Made by a program: the position numbers and the translations under genes. 64,000 nucleotides of DNA from a virus: positions 16,589 through 80,588 of the IMG/VR virus record IMGVR_UViG_3300027387_000003, one strand, 5' to 3'. Below are positions 1 through 9,876 of the stretch, in pieces. The notes under the pieces were generated by a model that worked only from the letters and a program-made list of their open reading frames with translations, had not been told where the DNA came from and searched no databases. Positions within the stretch are counted from its first letter, which is position 1, and each line of letters begins with the position of its first letter.

Positions 1-831
1 TTTACTGGTGGTATGACAAAGCTTCTTAATGTGGCACCTGGTGTTACTCGCCCACTGATTGCTATTCGTTTGGCACCATCGGTAGACAACGCTATTGCTC
101 GTAACTTTGGTATTCGAGAGCTTGCTAACCGCATGCAGCTTCAGCTTAACTCTATCGGTGTTTCTACAAACGGACAGTTCCGTATTGATGGAGTTCTTAA
201 CCCTGCACAGATTCTTTACAACTCCTACACACCAGCTAACCTTACAACTACCCGTTCATCCGTAACTGGTACTTCTGGTCAGATTACTATCACTATTGCT
301 GATACAACTGGTACTACAGGTATCATCCCAGGTATGTTGGTATCAGGAACTGGTATTGGCGCTGGAGCTCAGATTTCCTCTGTAACAGCTAACATCATCA
401 GCCTATCTGTTCCTAACAGTGGAACAGTATCTGGAACCATTACCTTCACCCCACGTTCGGGCTTTATCGGACTTCCTGATGACTGGAGCCGTGACCTTGT
501 TGGTTCTGGTTCTTTGGCTCAGGTTATCTACTTTGATAACTCAGGTCCTGGAGCGGGTAACGTTCAGGCAGCCTCTGGACGTGTCCTTGGTGGAGACTCT
601 GTAGCCTCATTCTTTACTGAAAACGGCGGTGGTGGTACTAACTACAACGTCTCTAACTACGACCTTCGTACCGTCCGCGACCTTGGTAACTCAATTATCT
701 CTGGCGATGGAAACGTCTCAAGCCCTTCATACCCTAACGGCCCAGACGTTTTGGTCCTAACAGCGACCAATATCGGAGCTGCAACCGCCAACATTTCAGC
801 TCGTATCTCATGGATTGAGGCACAGGCATAA
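1..831 (+). CDS. virion structural/tail fibre-associated protein (5' truncated by window)
   Basis: Frame is open from base 1; Ser/Thr/Gly-rich; carries a GIIPGMLVSGTGI...ISLS repeat also found in the 1223-aa fibre. Confidence 0.6.
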   Translation, partial: FTGGMTKLLNVAPGVTRPLIAIRLAPSVDNAIARNFGIRELANRMQLQLNSIGVSTNGQFRIDGVLNPAQILYNSYTPANLTTTRSSVTGTSGQITITIADTTGTTGIIPGMLVSGTGIGAGAQISSVTANIISLSVPNSGTVSGTITFTPRSGFIGLPDDWSRDLVGSGSLAQVIYFDNSGPGAGNVQAASGRVLGGDSVASFFTENGGGGTNYNVSNYDLRTVRDLGNSIISGDGNVSSPSYPNGPDVLVLTATNIGAATANISARISWIEAQA

Positions 832-906
832 TGTTAAAGGTTTACAGTGCCCCTTTTTTAAAAAACGCTATACTTTTAATAACCTCGGAAGGTAGGTAAA
901 TATAGA

Positions 907-1245
907 ATGCCTGATTATACATCCTTAGCTACGCAGATTGATTCCGTTAAATCGGAAATCACAACCAGCCTTGCAGCTAGTACCTATACAGCACAAGAGC
1001 TAATCTACGTCGCAAAGACACTTGAAACTTTAGGCACCCTTCTGGGCGTCAATGACATTGTTGCTGCAACCGCTGACCGCGTAACAGCAATCACTACTGC
1101 TGGTACAACACAGGTTACTGCTGTTAATACCGCAGGCACAACACAGGTTTCTGCAGTCAACACTGCGGGAAATAACAAGGTAGCGGCTATTCAAGCAGAA
1201 GCAGCTAATCTAACCAATCTAGCGTATATAGGAGTACTAGCGTAA
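907..1245 (+). CDS. small virion protein with 11-aa repeats (TAGTTQV)
   Basis: ORF with tandem AxxTAGTTQV repeats, within fibre cluster. Confidence 0.6.
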   Translation: MPDYTSLATQIDSVKSEITTSLAASTYTAQELIYVAKTLETLGTLLGVNDIVAATADRVTAITTAGTTQVTAVNTAGTTQVSAVNTAGNNKVAAIQAEAANLTNLAYIGVLA

Positions 1246-1550
1246 TGCCAACAACAGTAACACGATTTAGAGCGGGTACAGCTGGTACTTCAGATGCAAG
1301 TGCCTATACAATCCCAGCTTCTAACACAGCAATCATCACTAACATCATTCTTTCAAACAAGACCGCTGCTACCCGTACGGTAACAGTCCTTACTGGAGGA
1401 GTTTCATTTTGCACAGGTCTACAGGTTCCAGCAAACGGTACTGTAAACTTTGATGCTCGCACCGTATTAAACGCAGCGGAGACGATTACAGTAACAGCAG
1501 ACCAGGCGTCAGCTGTTGACTTCTTAATCTCTGGCGTATTGATTTCTTAA
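1245..1550 (+). CDS. small beta-rich virion protein
   Basis: Start overlaps upstream stop; all-beta pattern common in phage fibre clusters. Confidence 0.55.
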   Translation: MPTTVTRFRAGTAGTSDASAYTIPASNTAIITNIILSNKTAATRTVTVLTGGVSFCTGLQVPANGTVNFDARTVLNAAETITVTADQASAVDFLISGVLIS

Positions 1551-1575
1551 TTAAGAAAAGGACAGGTAACTATCA

Positions 1576-4500
1576 ATGGCAATTTCCTCAAGTAAAGACT
1601 TTATCGTCTTCCCGAATGACAATTCGGGTCGCTTGTTCATCAATGAGGCCACTTTTACAGCCAGTGGTACCTGGACTGCGCCTGCGGGCGTAACAAGCGC
1701 ACAAATTATTCTCGTAGGAGCAGGCGGCGGAGGCGGCGGCGGTTCACAAGATATCGCTGGTGGCGGTGGCGCTGGTGGACAGGTAATCGTAAAGAACCTT
1801 TCTGTCACACCTCTTACAACTTACAACGTAACAATCGGTGCAGGTGGACAGGGTGGTCAGGGTGCTATTAACGGCGCTGCTGATACAACTAACACACTTC
1901 CTGGTGGTAACGGTTCTGCTACCGTATTCGGTAACATTACAATCGCTAACCTCTTAGTTAACTCTGATTTTGATTACAACATTAACTCATGGGATGCAGC
2001 AACCTACTACCGTTCAGCAACAGGTATCTCAGGTCAGTCTGCTATTACTGTATATCCAAACGCATCTGGTCTAGCGACTGGTCAGTTTGTGACAGGTACT
2101 AACCTTGGTACTAACGCTCAGATTGTTTCTATCTCAGGAAACACCGTTACTCTTTCTGTAGCTAACACAGGTACTGTGGCAACAGTTGTAGGTATTGGAC
2201 AGGGCTCAACAGTAGTTCGTCCATCTAACGTATACTTCTACAACATATCTTCTGCGGGTTCAGACATTACAACTAACCCACAGACAGGTAACACTGCTGG
2301 TAGCCCATACTTTACAAATCTTTCTAACAACATCATGCAGCCAGAAGTAGCGCAGCTTGAAGAAGCAGCTATCCTTACTAACAACTATATTCGTCAGTAT
2401 GGTACTGCGTTGTCTTCATTCTCAATCACAAACGCTGGTGTTCCTACAAAGCTTCCAGAAATGGTTGGTGGATACAGCAAGGTAATTAGCACTGTACTTA
2501 ACTCAACAACAGTTACAGTAGACTCTACTCTTAATATTTATCCAAACATGTACATTGTTGGTAACATGTTTGCTTCAGGTACAGTTGTTCTTAGCGTTGA
2601 TAGCTTAACGTCAATTACAGTATCTGCTGCAGCAACTTCAAACCAGACTAATCAGACAGTAACAATTTCTTACTCTGGTGCGTTTGGTATCAACGGCCTT
2701 ATCGCTGGTACAAGCTCATCAACATCTGCTGGTGCACCTACATGGATTCAGTTCTCAACAATGAACTCAACCACAACATCTAACGGTACCCAGACATCTA
2801 CAAGCTTCCAGGGTGTTCCTTACATCCCAGGTCAGACATATACAATGACTGCTTATATTTCAACTAACGTAAATATCAGCACATCAACCCCAATCCTCTT
2901 CCAGATTCGTTCTGCAGGAGCTTCATGGAATGCTATCTCAAGCACTTCATACCTTGGCGGTTCTAACTCTGGTACAACTAACTCAATCGATGCTGGTCAG
3001 GCTAACGGATTCTTCGTACGCCAGACAATCCCTGCTACATTGACTAACTACGGTGGAGCTTTCACAGCTAGCGGTACAGGTTCAAACGGCGCAACAGTAA
3101 TTACTGTTGATAACGCTACAGGTATCTTGATTGGTATGGCTGTAACAGGCTCTGGTATTCAGTCAAACACTGTTGTATCTAACCTTGTTGGAACAAGCGT
3201 AACCTTGTCTCTAGCTACTAACGCACCTCTATCAGGTACAAGCCTTACATTCGGTAACCCATCTGGTGTTCAGATGCTTGGTTCTAACGTAACTGTTGGT
3301 CAGAACGGATGGCGCCGTCTTTCAGCAACATTCTCAACACCAGCTATTGCTTCAGCTCTTGCTAACGGTACATACCAGTGGGGTTCAACACCACAGTTTA
3401 TTCACCCTGTAATCGTCTTCCAGCAGCCATCAGTTAACTTCTGGATTGACAACCTACAGCTTGAAGCTGGTAACACAGCTACTACATGGCGTATGCCAGT
3501 CTACCGTGAGGCTCAGTCAATGCTCATGCAGACTAACTCAACAAACGGTGCAAACCTTGAAACTTCACACCGCTTTGTTCGCGTTACTCCTGGAGTACAG
3601 TACTCAGGTTCTGCGTTCGTAGTTGCTACAGGTACAGCTAACCAGTACCGCCCAACTCGTGCGTACATTGAGTACTTCGATGCTGATTACAACTCAATCC
3701 TTCGTACAGAAGGTAACAACGTCTTTATTCCAATCTCTGGTGTAGCAACAGCTACACAGCAGATGCCATCAGTTACTTACCCAGTACGTGTAGCAGTTAA
3801 CGGCGTTGCCGCACCTACAGCAGCACGTTTTGCTAAGTTTGGTATCTTGAACTTCCAGGGTGCACAATCTGCAACTGGTACTGTTTCTGAATACCACATC
3901 CTTGCTCCACAGCTAGAGCCAGCAGCGGTTGCAACTACATACAAGAAGGTTGATAACGTCAACTTCTTCTACGCAGGACAGGCTGGTCTAACCCCAATTG
4001 TTAACTCACTTGGAACTCTATCTGCAGAAGGCGGTGGAGGTGGTGGTACTTGGAACACTAACTCTCGTCACTGGCAGTATGGTCTTCAGGGCGGTAACAA
4101 CGGTGGACACGCAGCTCAGGGTTCTTCAACATTCACAACACTTGCAGGTGGCGGTGCGGGCGCAGGCTCAGTGGGTCAACCAGCAATTATGTACGGAACA
4201 CCTGTATCAAGCTCTAACTCAGTTGACCAGTACCGTACAACAGCTGGTTCTTCACAGCAGATTTGGCCTATGCGTGGTCACCAAGGTGGCTTTGCTGTAT
4301 GGCACACAACTACAACTGGTACAGGACACGTTATGGGTCGCGCAGGCGATGGTGGTACTGGTGTTCTACTTAATGGTCTTAACTCAGGCTCACCTCTAGG
4401 TCTACCACTTGGTGGTGGCGGTGGTGGTGCGGGATGGAACGCGTCTAACTCTCAGACACAGGCAACACCTGGTATGGGACAGAACGGTGGCGGTAAGGGT

Positions 4501-5247
4501 GCTCCAACATGGATTTCAACCCAAGCTTCTACTACACAGGATTACTACGCACGTGGTCTTGATGCTATCCAGAACACTGGAGCAGGTGGCGGTGGTGGTG
4601 GTTCTAACTGGACTAACACTCCACAGACACTTCTTACACACAACTCTGCACAGGTAGCGGTTAACTACGAAGCAATTACATCTGAATTCTTTAAGTGGAA
4701 TCCAGTTTACAACGCAGTAACCAACATCTCAGCACAGGCTGGCTTCTACGGTTCAAACGTTCTACGTACAGTTATTCAGGATACAGGTAATGCCAAGGTT
4801 ACAACTTCATGGCAGTCATTCCCAATCCTTCCACGTATTGCGCTAGTATTCCCTGGTGTGGCTGCACGTCTAACAACTGCTCCTGGCGGTGTTACATCTG
4901 CACAGTTCACTGGTCTACCAAAGCGTGTACGTCCAACAGTTCGCTGGAAGAACCAGAGCAACGTCATCCTACGCGAAGACCGCCCTCCATTTGACATCGT
5001 GTTCTCAGGTACTAACACAATTACCTTCCTTGGACCAACAGGTGCTACATCTGGTTACTGGCAGACACTTGCAGCTCCTGCAGAAGCATCATTCTTTGAT
5101 GTGACATGGGAGTACCTATACATGGATGCTGGAGACGTCGTTGACGTTGACCTTAACGGTTGCCAGTACTTCGGATACCAGAGCTTTGGTGGAAACGGCG
5201 CAGATGGCTTTGCTATGATTCGCTGGTTCGACAAGGCAGTACTCTAA
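1576..5247 (+). CDS. large tail fibre / receptor-binding protein with Gly-rich and CBM-like domains
   Basis: FTASGTWTAPAGV..LVGAGGGGG Gly-rich domain, NLLVNSDFD...WIDNLQLEAG carbohydrate-binding-like signature, internal repeats. Confidence 0.8.
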   Translation: MAISSSKDFIVFPNDNSGRLFINEATFTASGTWTAPAGVTSAQIILVGAGGGGGGGSQDIAGGGGAGGQVIVKNLSVTPLTTYNVTIGAGGQGGQGAINGAADTTNTLPGGNGSATVFGNITIANLLVNSDFDYNINSWDAATYYRSATGISGQSAITVYPNASGLATGQFVTGTNLGTNAQIVSISGNTVTLSVANTGTVATVVGIGQGSTVVRPSNVYFYNISSAGSDITTNPQTGNTAGSPYFTNLSNNIMQPEVAQLEEAAILTNNYIRQYGTALSSFSITNAGVPTKLPEMVGGYSKVISTVLNSTTVTVDSTLNIYPNMYIVGNMFASGTVVLSVDSLTSITVSAAATSNQTNQTVTISYSGAFGINGLIAGTSSSTSAGAPTWIQFSTMNSTTTSNGTQTSTSFQGVPYIPGQTYTMTAYISTNVNISTSTPILFQIRSAGASWNAISSTSYLGGSNSGTTNSIDAGQANGFFVRQTIPATLTNYGGAFTASGTGSNGATVITVDNATGILIGMAVTGSGIQSNTVVSNLVGTSVTLSLATNAPLSGTSLTFGNPSGVQMLGSNVTVGQNGWRRLSATFSTPAIASALANGTYQWGSTPQFIHPVIVFQQPSVNFWIDNLQLEAGNTATTWRMPVYREAQSMLMQTNSTNGANLETSHRFVRVTPGVQYSGSAFVVATGTANQYRPTRAYIEYFDADYNSILRTEGNNVFIPISGVATATQQMPSVTYPVRVAVNGVAAPTAARFAKFGILNFQGAQSATGTVSEYHILAPQLEPAAVATTYKKVDNVNFFYAGQAGLTPIVNSLGTLSAEGGGGGGTWNTNSRHWQYGLQGGNNGGHAAQGSSTFTTLAGGGAGAGSVGQPAIMYGTPVSSSNSVDQYRTTAGSSQQIWPMRGHQGGFAVWHTTTTGTGHVMGRAGDGGTGVLLNGLNSGSPLGLPLGGGGGGAGWNASNSQTQATPGMGQNGGGKGAPTWISTQASTTQDYYARGLDAIQNTGAGGGGGGSNWTNTPQTLLTHNSAQVAVNYEAITSEFFKWNPVYNAVTNISAQAGFYGSNVLRTVIQDTGNAKVTTSWQSFPILPRIALVFPGVAARLTTAPGGVTSAQFTGLPKRVRPTVRWKNQSNVILREDRPPFDIVFSGTNTITFLGPTGATSGYWQTLAAPAEASFFDVTWEYLYMDAGDVVDVDLNGCQYFGYQSFGGNGADGFAMIRWFDKAVL

Positions 5248-5258
5248 GGAGATAGATA

Positions 5259-5558
5259 ATGGCAAAATACGCATTCGTTGATAACGACATCATTACTCAG
5301 GTAATGGTTGCAAACTCAGAGGCTGACCTAGGAGCACTAGGTCAGTTATTTGAGGTAGTTAATATCGATGGTCTGAACCCAGAACCATCACGTGATTGGA
5401 CCCGCGCTAACGGCGTATGGTTCCCACCTTCAACTCCAGAAGCAGCTAAGGCTCTTTGGAATGGCGCTGGGTTTGATGACCCAGATGCACCAAAAGCAGT
5501 AGAAGCTCCAGAAGAAGAAGAAGAAGAAGACAAACCTGCTAAGAAAGCGAGCAAGTAA
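5259..5558 (+). CDS. putative tail fibre assembly/chaperone protein
   Basis: Small ORF right after the fibre, AAGGAG RBS. Confidence 0.55.
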   Translation: MAKYAFVDNDIITQVMVANSEADLGALGQLFEVVNIDGLNPEPSRDWTRANGVWFPPSTPEAAKALWNGAGFDDPDAPKAVEAPEEEEEEDKPAKKASK

Positions 5559-5941
5559 TGGCAATTTCCTCACAGCCAACGGTGTTGGCACAGTCTAACG
5601 ATGCCTACATCAATGTGGGGGTTACAGGCCGTCTTCAAAATCTTGTAGGACAGACAGGCGCTGTATCTATCAATCCAACAAACGGTTCATTTATCCGTAT
5701 TGCTAACCCAGTAGGTGCTGTAACAGTAACCTTCACTGGTGTGCCATCAGGATATGGAACACGTTGGCAAGTAGAAGTTGCAAACCGTGGCGCTAACGCT
5801 GTGGCTTTCAATGGTGTTACTTGGGATGGCGGCTCAGCCCCTACTATTGCATCAGGTACAAACAAGTCAGTTCTTGTATTCTACTCACCAGATGGTGGAA
5901 CAACCATCTACGGTCGTCTAGAGTTTGCAACACTAGCTTAA
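5558..5941 (+). CDS. tail fibre tip-like domain protein
   Basis: VTWDGGSAPT...FYSPDGGTTIYG motif typical of phage fibre C-terminal domains. Confidence 0.6.
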   Translation: MAISSQPTVLAQSNDAYINVGVTGRLQNLVGQTGAVSINPTNGSFIRIANPVGAVTVTFTGVPSGYGTRWQVEVANRGANAVAFNGVTWDGGSAPTIASGTNKSVLVFYSPDGGTTIYGRLEFATLA

Positions 5942-5956
5942 TAATTAAGATTAGTT

Positions 5957-5995
5957 CCCCACCGTCCTACGGGACTGGTGGGGCTTTTCTTTTTT
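5957..5995 (+). terminator. rho-independent terminator
   Basis: CCCCACCGTCC-TACG-GGACTGGTGGGG followed by T tract. Confidence 0.8.
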
Positions 5996-6012
5996 AGGAG
6001 TATAATAAGCGT

Positions 6013-7068
6013 ATGAAAATAGCCGTATACACTATCGCCCTCAATGAAGAGCAGTTTGTAGAACGCTGGTATGAGTCTTGCAAAGACGCTGACTACCTAA
6101 TGATTGCTGATACTGGTTCTATAGATGGCACAGTTGAAAAAGCACGTGCCTTAGGAATCAACGTACATGTAATAAGCGTACGACCATGGCGGTTTGATGA
6201 TGCTAGAAATGCGGCTCTTGCCCTACTCCCAGATGATATTGATATATGCATCTCTTTGGATATGGATGAGCTCTTAGCCCCAAACTGGCGTAAGGAGATA
6301 GAGAAAGCTCCTAAGGGAACTACCCGTATTCGATACAACTACACATGGAACTTTAACCCAGATGGCTCTCCTGGATTAGTATTTGGTGGTGACAAGATTC
6401 ACGCTCGTCACGGTTACCGTTGGGTACATCCTGTACACGAGTGTCTATACACAGACCGCTTAGAAGAAAAAGAGTATTGGTCTCAACTAGGGCTGTGGCA
6501 CAAGGCGGATGACAGTAAATCTCGCAGTCAGTACCTTCCACTACTCAAACTATCGATAGAAGAAGACCCACACAACGACCGTAACGCCTACTACTACGCT
6601 CGTGAACTGTTCTTCCATGGTCGCTTAGAAGAAGCTAAAGCTCAGTTTGAACGACACCTATCTCTACCTAAAGCTGTATGGAAAGCAGAACGTGCAGCAT
6701 CTATGCGTTATATAGCTAAGTGCTCTATTGATGAGGACGAGAAGCTTAAGTGGTGGAAGCTAGCTATGCAGGAAGAGCCTGGCAAACGTGAAGCCTATGT
6801 TGAGCTAGCCCAGTTCCATTACGATAAAGGCCGCATGTCAGAGTGCTACACGCTCTGTAAGAAGGCAATCAATATTAAAGAACGTCAATTAGATTATTTA
6901 AATGAAGCATTTGCCTGGGGCCATATTCCATATGACCTAGCTGCAGTATGTGCGTATTGGCTAGGTGAAAGAGAAAAGGCTTTGGAGTTTGGACAAAAGG
7001 CAGTGGAGCTTAGCCCTACAGATGAACGATTACTTAGTAACCTAGAGTTCTACAAACAGGGAGTCTAA
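6013..7068 (+). CDS. glycosyltransferase family 2 with TPR repeats
   Basis: IADTGSIDGT, FDDARN, SLDMDE (DxD), VHE motifs; C-terminal TPRs; leaderless TATAAT-N6-ATG. Confidence 0.85.
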   Translation: MKIAVYTIALNEEQFVERWYESCKDADYLMIADTGSIDGTVEKARALGINVHVISVRPWRFDDARNAALALLPDDIDICISLDMDELLAPNWRKEIEKAPKGTTRIRYNYTWNFNPDGSPGLVFGGDKIHARHGYRWVHPVHECLYTDRLEEKEYWSQLGLWHKADDSKSRSQYLPLLKLSIEEDPHNDRNAYYYARELFFHGRLEEAKAQFERHLSLPKAVWKAERAASMRYIAKCSIDEDEKLKWWKLAMQEEPGKREAYVELAQFHYDKGRMSECYTLCKKAINIKERQLDYLNEAFAWGHIPYDLAAVCAYWLGEREKALEFGQKAVELSPTDERLLSNLEFYKQGV

Positions 7069-7589
7069 TGAGAGCTCATAAGCCAGGCGGTAGATTTGAC
7101 GCAGACTTTGAGACTACCGCCATCCTTAAAGGCGTTGACACAGACCTAAAACATCCAGTAGGAACAAATGCTGACTGGTGGGTTTTTGATTCGGTCAATA
7201 CAGAACTAGACCCCATCTATGACGTTGGTCAGGATATTACATCCTCTGTAGGTGGCAAGGTTTGGACTGGCCCATACTCAGTCCCAGTAGTAAGAGCCGT
7301 CATCAAGCAAGGTGAGGCTAGGACTTCAGCAGTGGGTTTCTATAACTCAGACACTTTGCACCTAACTTTCAACATTGAAGACGTACAGAAGTTTGCACCT
7401 AACATTATTATCCGCCCAGATATCAACAACCGTGACCGTGTGGTCTGGCGTGGTCAGGTATACCGCCCATATGCTATCCAAGAGCGCGGAATTGTTGCTG
7501 ACAGATTTACCATCCTCAGCGTAGAATGTATTCAGCTGATGCCTGAAGAGATGGTCAACGACCCTCAATTTGCTCAGTACGCTAACTAA
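7068..7589 (+). CDS. putative head-closure/neck protein
   Basis: DRVVWRGQVY beta-barrel pattern, position before tail genes. Confidence 0.5.
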   Translation: MRAHKPGGRFDADFETTAILKGVDTDLKHPVGTNADWWVFDSVNTELDPIYDVGQDITSSVGGKVWTGPYSVPVVRAVIKQGEARTSAVGFYNSDTLHLTFNIEDVQKFAPNIIIRPDINNRDRVVWRGQVYRPYAIQERGIVADRFTILSVECIQLMPEEMVNDPQFAQYAN

Positions 7590-7598
7590 GGAGTCTAC

Positions 7599-7892
7599 AT
7601 GGCTGTTATTCATGATGTGTTCACCGTAGGAACAAGTCCTACGCTTATCTGTGAAATCCCAAAGAAGTGCCCTCCCACTGCTGTTTTAATCTTTAATGAT
7701 GACAACAACCCTATTTATATTGGGGATATAGATATAGCTACCTCTGGCAGTAGTCTTGGATTAAAGGTACCTAAGTCAACCGCTACTACACAGGTGTGGC
7801 TAAACGCTGGTGATAAGTTATACGCTATTTCTTCTGCAGGAACATCTGCAAATGCTATAGCTGTTCTATGGTCAAAGGTGATTGCGGATTAA
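7599..7892 (+). CDS. hypothetical virion protein
   Basis: AAGGAG RBS, beta-rich ORF. Confidence 0.6.
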   Translation: MAVIHDVFTVGTSPTLICEIPKKCPPTAVLIFNDDNNPIYIGDIDIATSGSSLGLKVPKSTATTQVWLNAGDKLYAISSAGTSANAIAVLWSKVIAD

Positions 7893-7893
7893 T

Positions 7894-8034
7894 ATGGCTA
7901 AAGATACTAACCCTTGCTGGGATGGATACGTCCAAGTAGGTATGAAAAACAAAGGTGGCAAGAAAGTTCCGAACTGCGTTCCTGCAGGTTCTGGCAAAAA
8001 GAAGGTCTCCAAACCAAAGAAAGCGAGCAAGTAA
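7894..8034 (+). CDS. small basic protein with CWDGY...KKVPNCVP motif
   Basis: 46-aa ORF read by hand: MAKDTNPCWDGYVQVGMKNKGGKKVPNCVPAGSGKKKVSKPKKASK. Confidence 0.7.
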   Translation: MAKDTNPCWDGYVQVGMKNKGGKKVPNCVPAGSGKKKVSKPKKASK

Positions 8035-8035
8035 T

Positions 8036-8200
8036 ATGTGTGCTACATGTGGATGTATGGGAAAGAAGAAGGCTGCTAAGAAGGTCGCTAAGAAGGCGGC
8101 TCCAAAGGGCATGTCTCCAAAGCAGAAGAAACTTGATGTTGATAAAGACGGCAAGCTAGAAGGCTCTGACTTTGCTGCCCTACGAAAGAAGAAGAAGTAA
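8036..8200 (+). CDS. small Lys-rich protein, MCATCGC start, EF-hand-like DVDKDGKLEGSD
   Basis: ATG 1 nt after the previous stop; 54 aa. Confidence 0.7.
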   Translation: MCATCGCMGKKKAAKKVAKKAAPKGMSPKQKKLDVDKDGKLEGSDFAALRKKKK

Positions 8201-8340
8201 TGTGTGCTACCTGCGGCTGCGGTAAGCCAAAAGATAAGCACGGAATGAAGTCCCTAAAGGACGCTAACAAGAAGTTTGCTAAGAAGGCTGCGCCTGCAAA
8301 GGCTAAGAAGTCTTCTATGGTACGAAAGAAAGGCATGTAA
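8200..8340 (+). CDS. small Lys-rich protein, MCATCGC start
   Basis: 46 aa, TAATG-coupled on both sides. Confidence 0.7.
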   Translation: MCATCGCGKPKDKHGMKSLKDANKKFAKKAAPAKAKKSSMVRKKGM

Positions 8341-8624
8341 TGGCTACACCATCATTTATGAAGGGCAAGTACACTAAGTCTAAGGACGAGAAGATGGACT
8401 CCCGCTTGCTTAAGAAAGCTGGTCTTACCGATAAGGAAGAGAAAGCTAAGTTTGAAAAGGCTGACAAGGCTCACGGCAAGAAGAAGAAGCCAGCCACAAT
8501 TGCTGAAGACCGTAAGAAAGACGATGCAATTATTAAGAAGATTAAGTCCAAGGAAAAAGCCCATGAAGCCAAGGAAGGCAAGAAGGGCGAAAAGGCTGAG
8601 GACAAACGAGAGAAAAAGAAGTAA
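8340..8624 (+). CDS. Lys/Glu-rich small protein
   Basis: TAATG-coupled ORF, followed by terminator. Confidence 0.7.
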   Translation: MATPSFMKGKYTKSKDEKMDSRLLKKAGLTDKEEKAKFEKADKAHGKKKKPATIAEDRKKDDAIIKKIKSKEKAHEAKEGKKGEKAEDKREKKK

Positions 8625-8630
8625 TCGCTT

Positions 8631-8651
8631 AGGGGCCGAAAGGCCCCTTTG
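8631..8651 (+). terminator. rho-independent terminator
   Basis: AGGGGCC-GAAA-GGCCCCT TTG. Confidence 0.7.
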
Positions 8652-8731
8652 TGCTTTATCCTAGTACTGAGTCCATGCGGGACTCAAAGCTTCACCCTTG
8701 CGATGTACCTTGCTAACTCTATGGAGATGTC

Positions 8732-8890
8732 ATGCCCGAGAATAAGAAAATAGACAAAGCGTCTGATATCGAATTCCGCGAGCAGATAACAGAAAACATC
8801 CCTGGAGAAATTGCCAGTCGTATAGTGTGGACTGGAGCTTTAGCATCGTATCTTGTAGGGAAGAAGCTTCGTGCAAAAAGACATAAATAG
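8732..8890 (+). CDS. hypothetical protein (52 aa)
   Basis: GGAG RBS, MPENKKIDK... read by hand. Confidence 0.5.
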   Translation: MPENKKIDKASDIEFREQITENIPGEIASRIVWTGALASYLVGKKLRAKRHK

Positions 8891-9206
8891 TTCTGAAGAG
8901 CTCGCTACTCTTTACGCTGAGTCTGCTGCCAAAGAGCTTACTTTGGAGCTTCGAGACCTGGCAGTAGCTGCAGGATGGCCTGCTGATGTGGCTCGTTCCC
9001 TTTCCGTTGTTTTAAGTAACGGCAGTTTAAATATAGATTATCCAGAAAACATGGATAAAAGAATCCAAGATTTAGAGTACGGCAATTCTCAAACCCCTCC
9101 TAAGAGCGTGTTAAGAAAGTTCATGTATCGCACAGAGGGTGTTGCTTCAGCCATTTTAGGTGGAGAAGTGTTAGACCAAATCGTCATGGAAGCTGAGGTG
9201 TTCTAA
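8871..9206 (+). CDS. putative neck/tail completion protein
   Basis: LEYG...PP...LR motif, position upstream of tail terminator. Confidence 0.5.
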   Translation: MQKDINSSEELATLYAESAAKELTLELRDLAVAAGWPADVARSLSVVLSNGSLNIDYPENMDKRIQDLEYGNSQTPPKSVLRKFMYRTEGVASAILGGEVLDQIVMEAEVF

Positions 9207-9838
9207 TGGGTAACCCGTTTATTGTTGCTGAAGACCTGGCTTTAAAAAGCCATGTTCAAGGCATGCTTGTAGGGGACGAAAAAAACGCCGAACGCCCAGT
9301 AAAGGTGTGGTTTGGATACCCTGATGTTGAAGTACGTGCACAAGAATTCCCGTTTGTAACAATTGACCTTATTGATGTAATCCCTGCAAATGACCGCCAA
9401 AACTCTGGCTACCTATACGACACTGATAATAGGGGAACAGTGGCTCCAGAAGCTGGGTTTACCTATGTATATGAGATACCAGTTGCTTACGACCTTGTGT
9501 ATCAAGTAACAACATACGCTCGTAATCCTCGCCATGATAGAGCTTTGCTTTATCAGATGTTTAATAAGTTTCCATCTAAATACGGAAAGATAGCTGTGCC
9601 AAATGAACTTGGCACAGAAATTGGCTATCGTTCTATGTTCGTAGATGGATTTGTAAAACGTGATGCAGTAGACGGTGAAACAGGTAATCGCCGTACTCTT
9701 CGTAACGTTTACACAGTACGAGTGGTTAGTGAAATGACCCCATCAGTAGCTGCTAAAAAGCTATCTACTGTTGAGGAAATTATTATTAACCTTCCTCAAA
9801 ACAATTCGTATATCCCTTCCGTCTACGAAATCTTGTAA
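9206..9838 (+). CDS. putative tail terminator / sheath stabiliser
   Basis: FPFVTIDL...PVAYDLVYQV pattern, directly before sheath. Confidence 0.6.
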   Translation: MGNPFIVAEDLALKSHVQGMLVGDEKNAERPVKVWFGYPDVEVRAQEFPFVTIDLIDVIPANDRQNSGYLYDTDNRGTVAPEAGFTYVYEIPVAYDLVYQVTTYARNPRHDRALLYQMFNKFPSKYGKIAVPNELGTEIGYRSMFVDGFVKRDAVDGETGNRRTLRNVYTVRVVSEMTPSVAAKKLSTVEEIIINLPQNNSYIPSVYEIL

Positions 9839-9876
9839 CACATGTTCATTCTGTCTAACTTAAAGGAGATTATCTA

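Noticed and set aside
1576-5941. Diversity-generating retroelement acting on fibres
   Set aside because: No reverse transcriptase and no template/variable repeat pair differing at adenines was seen.
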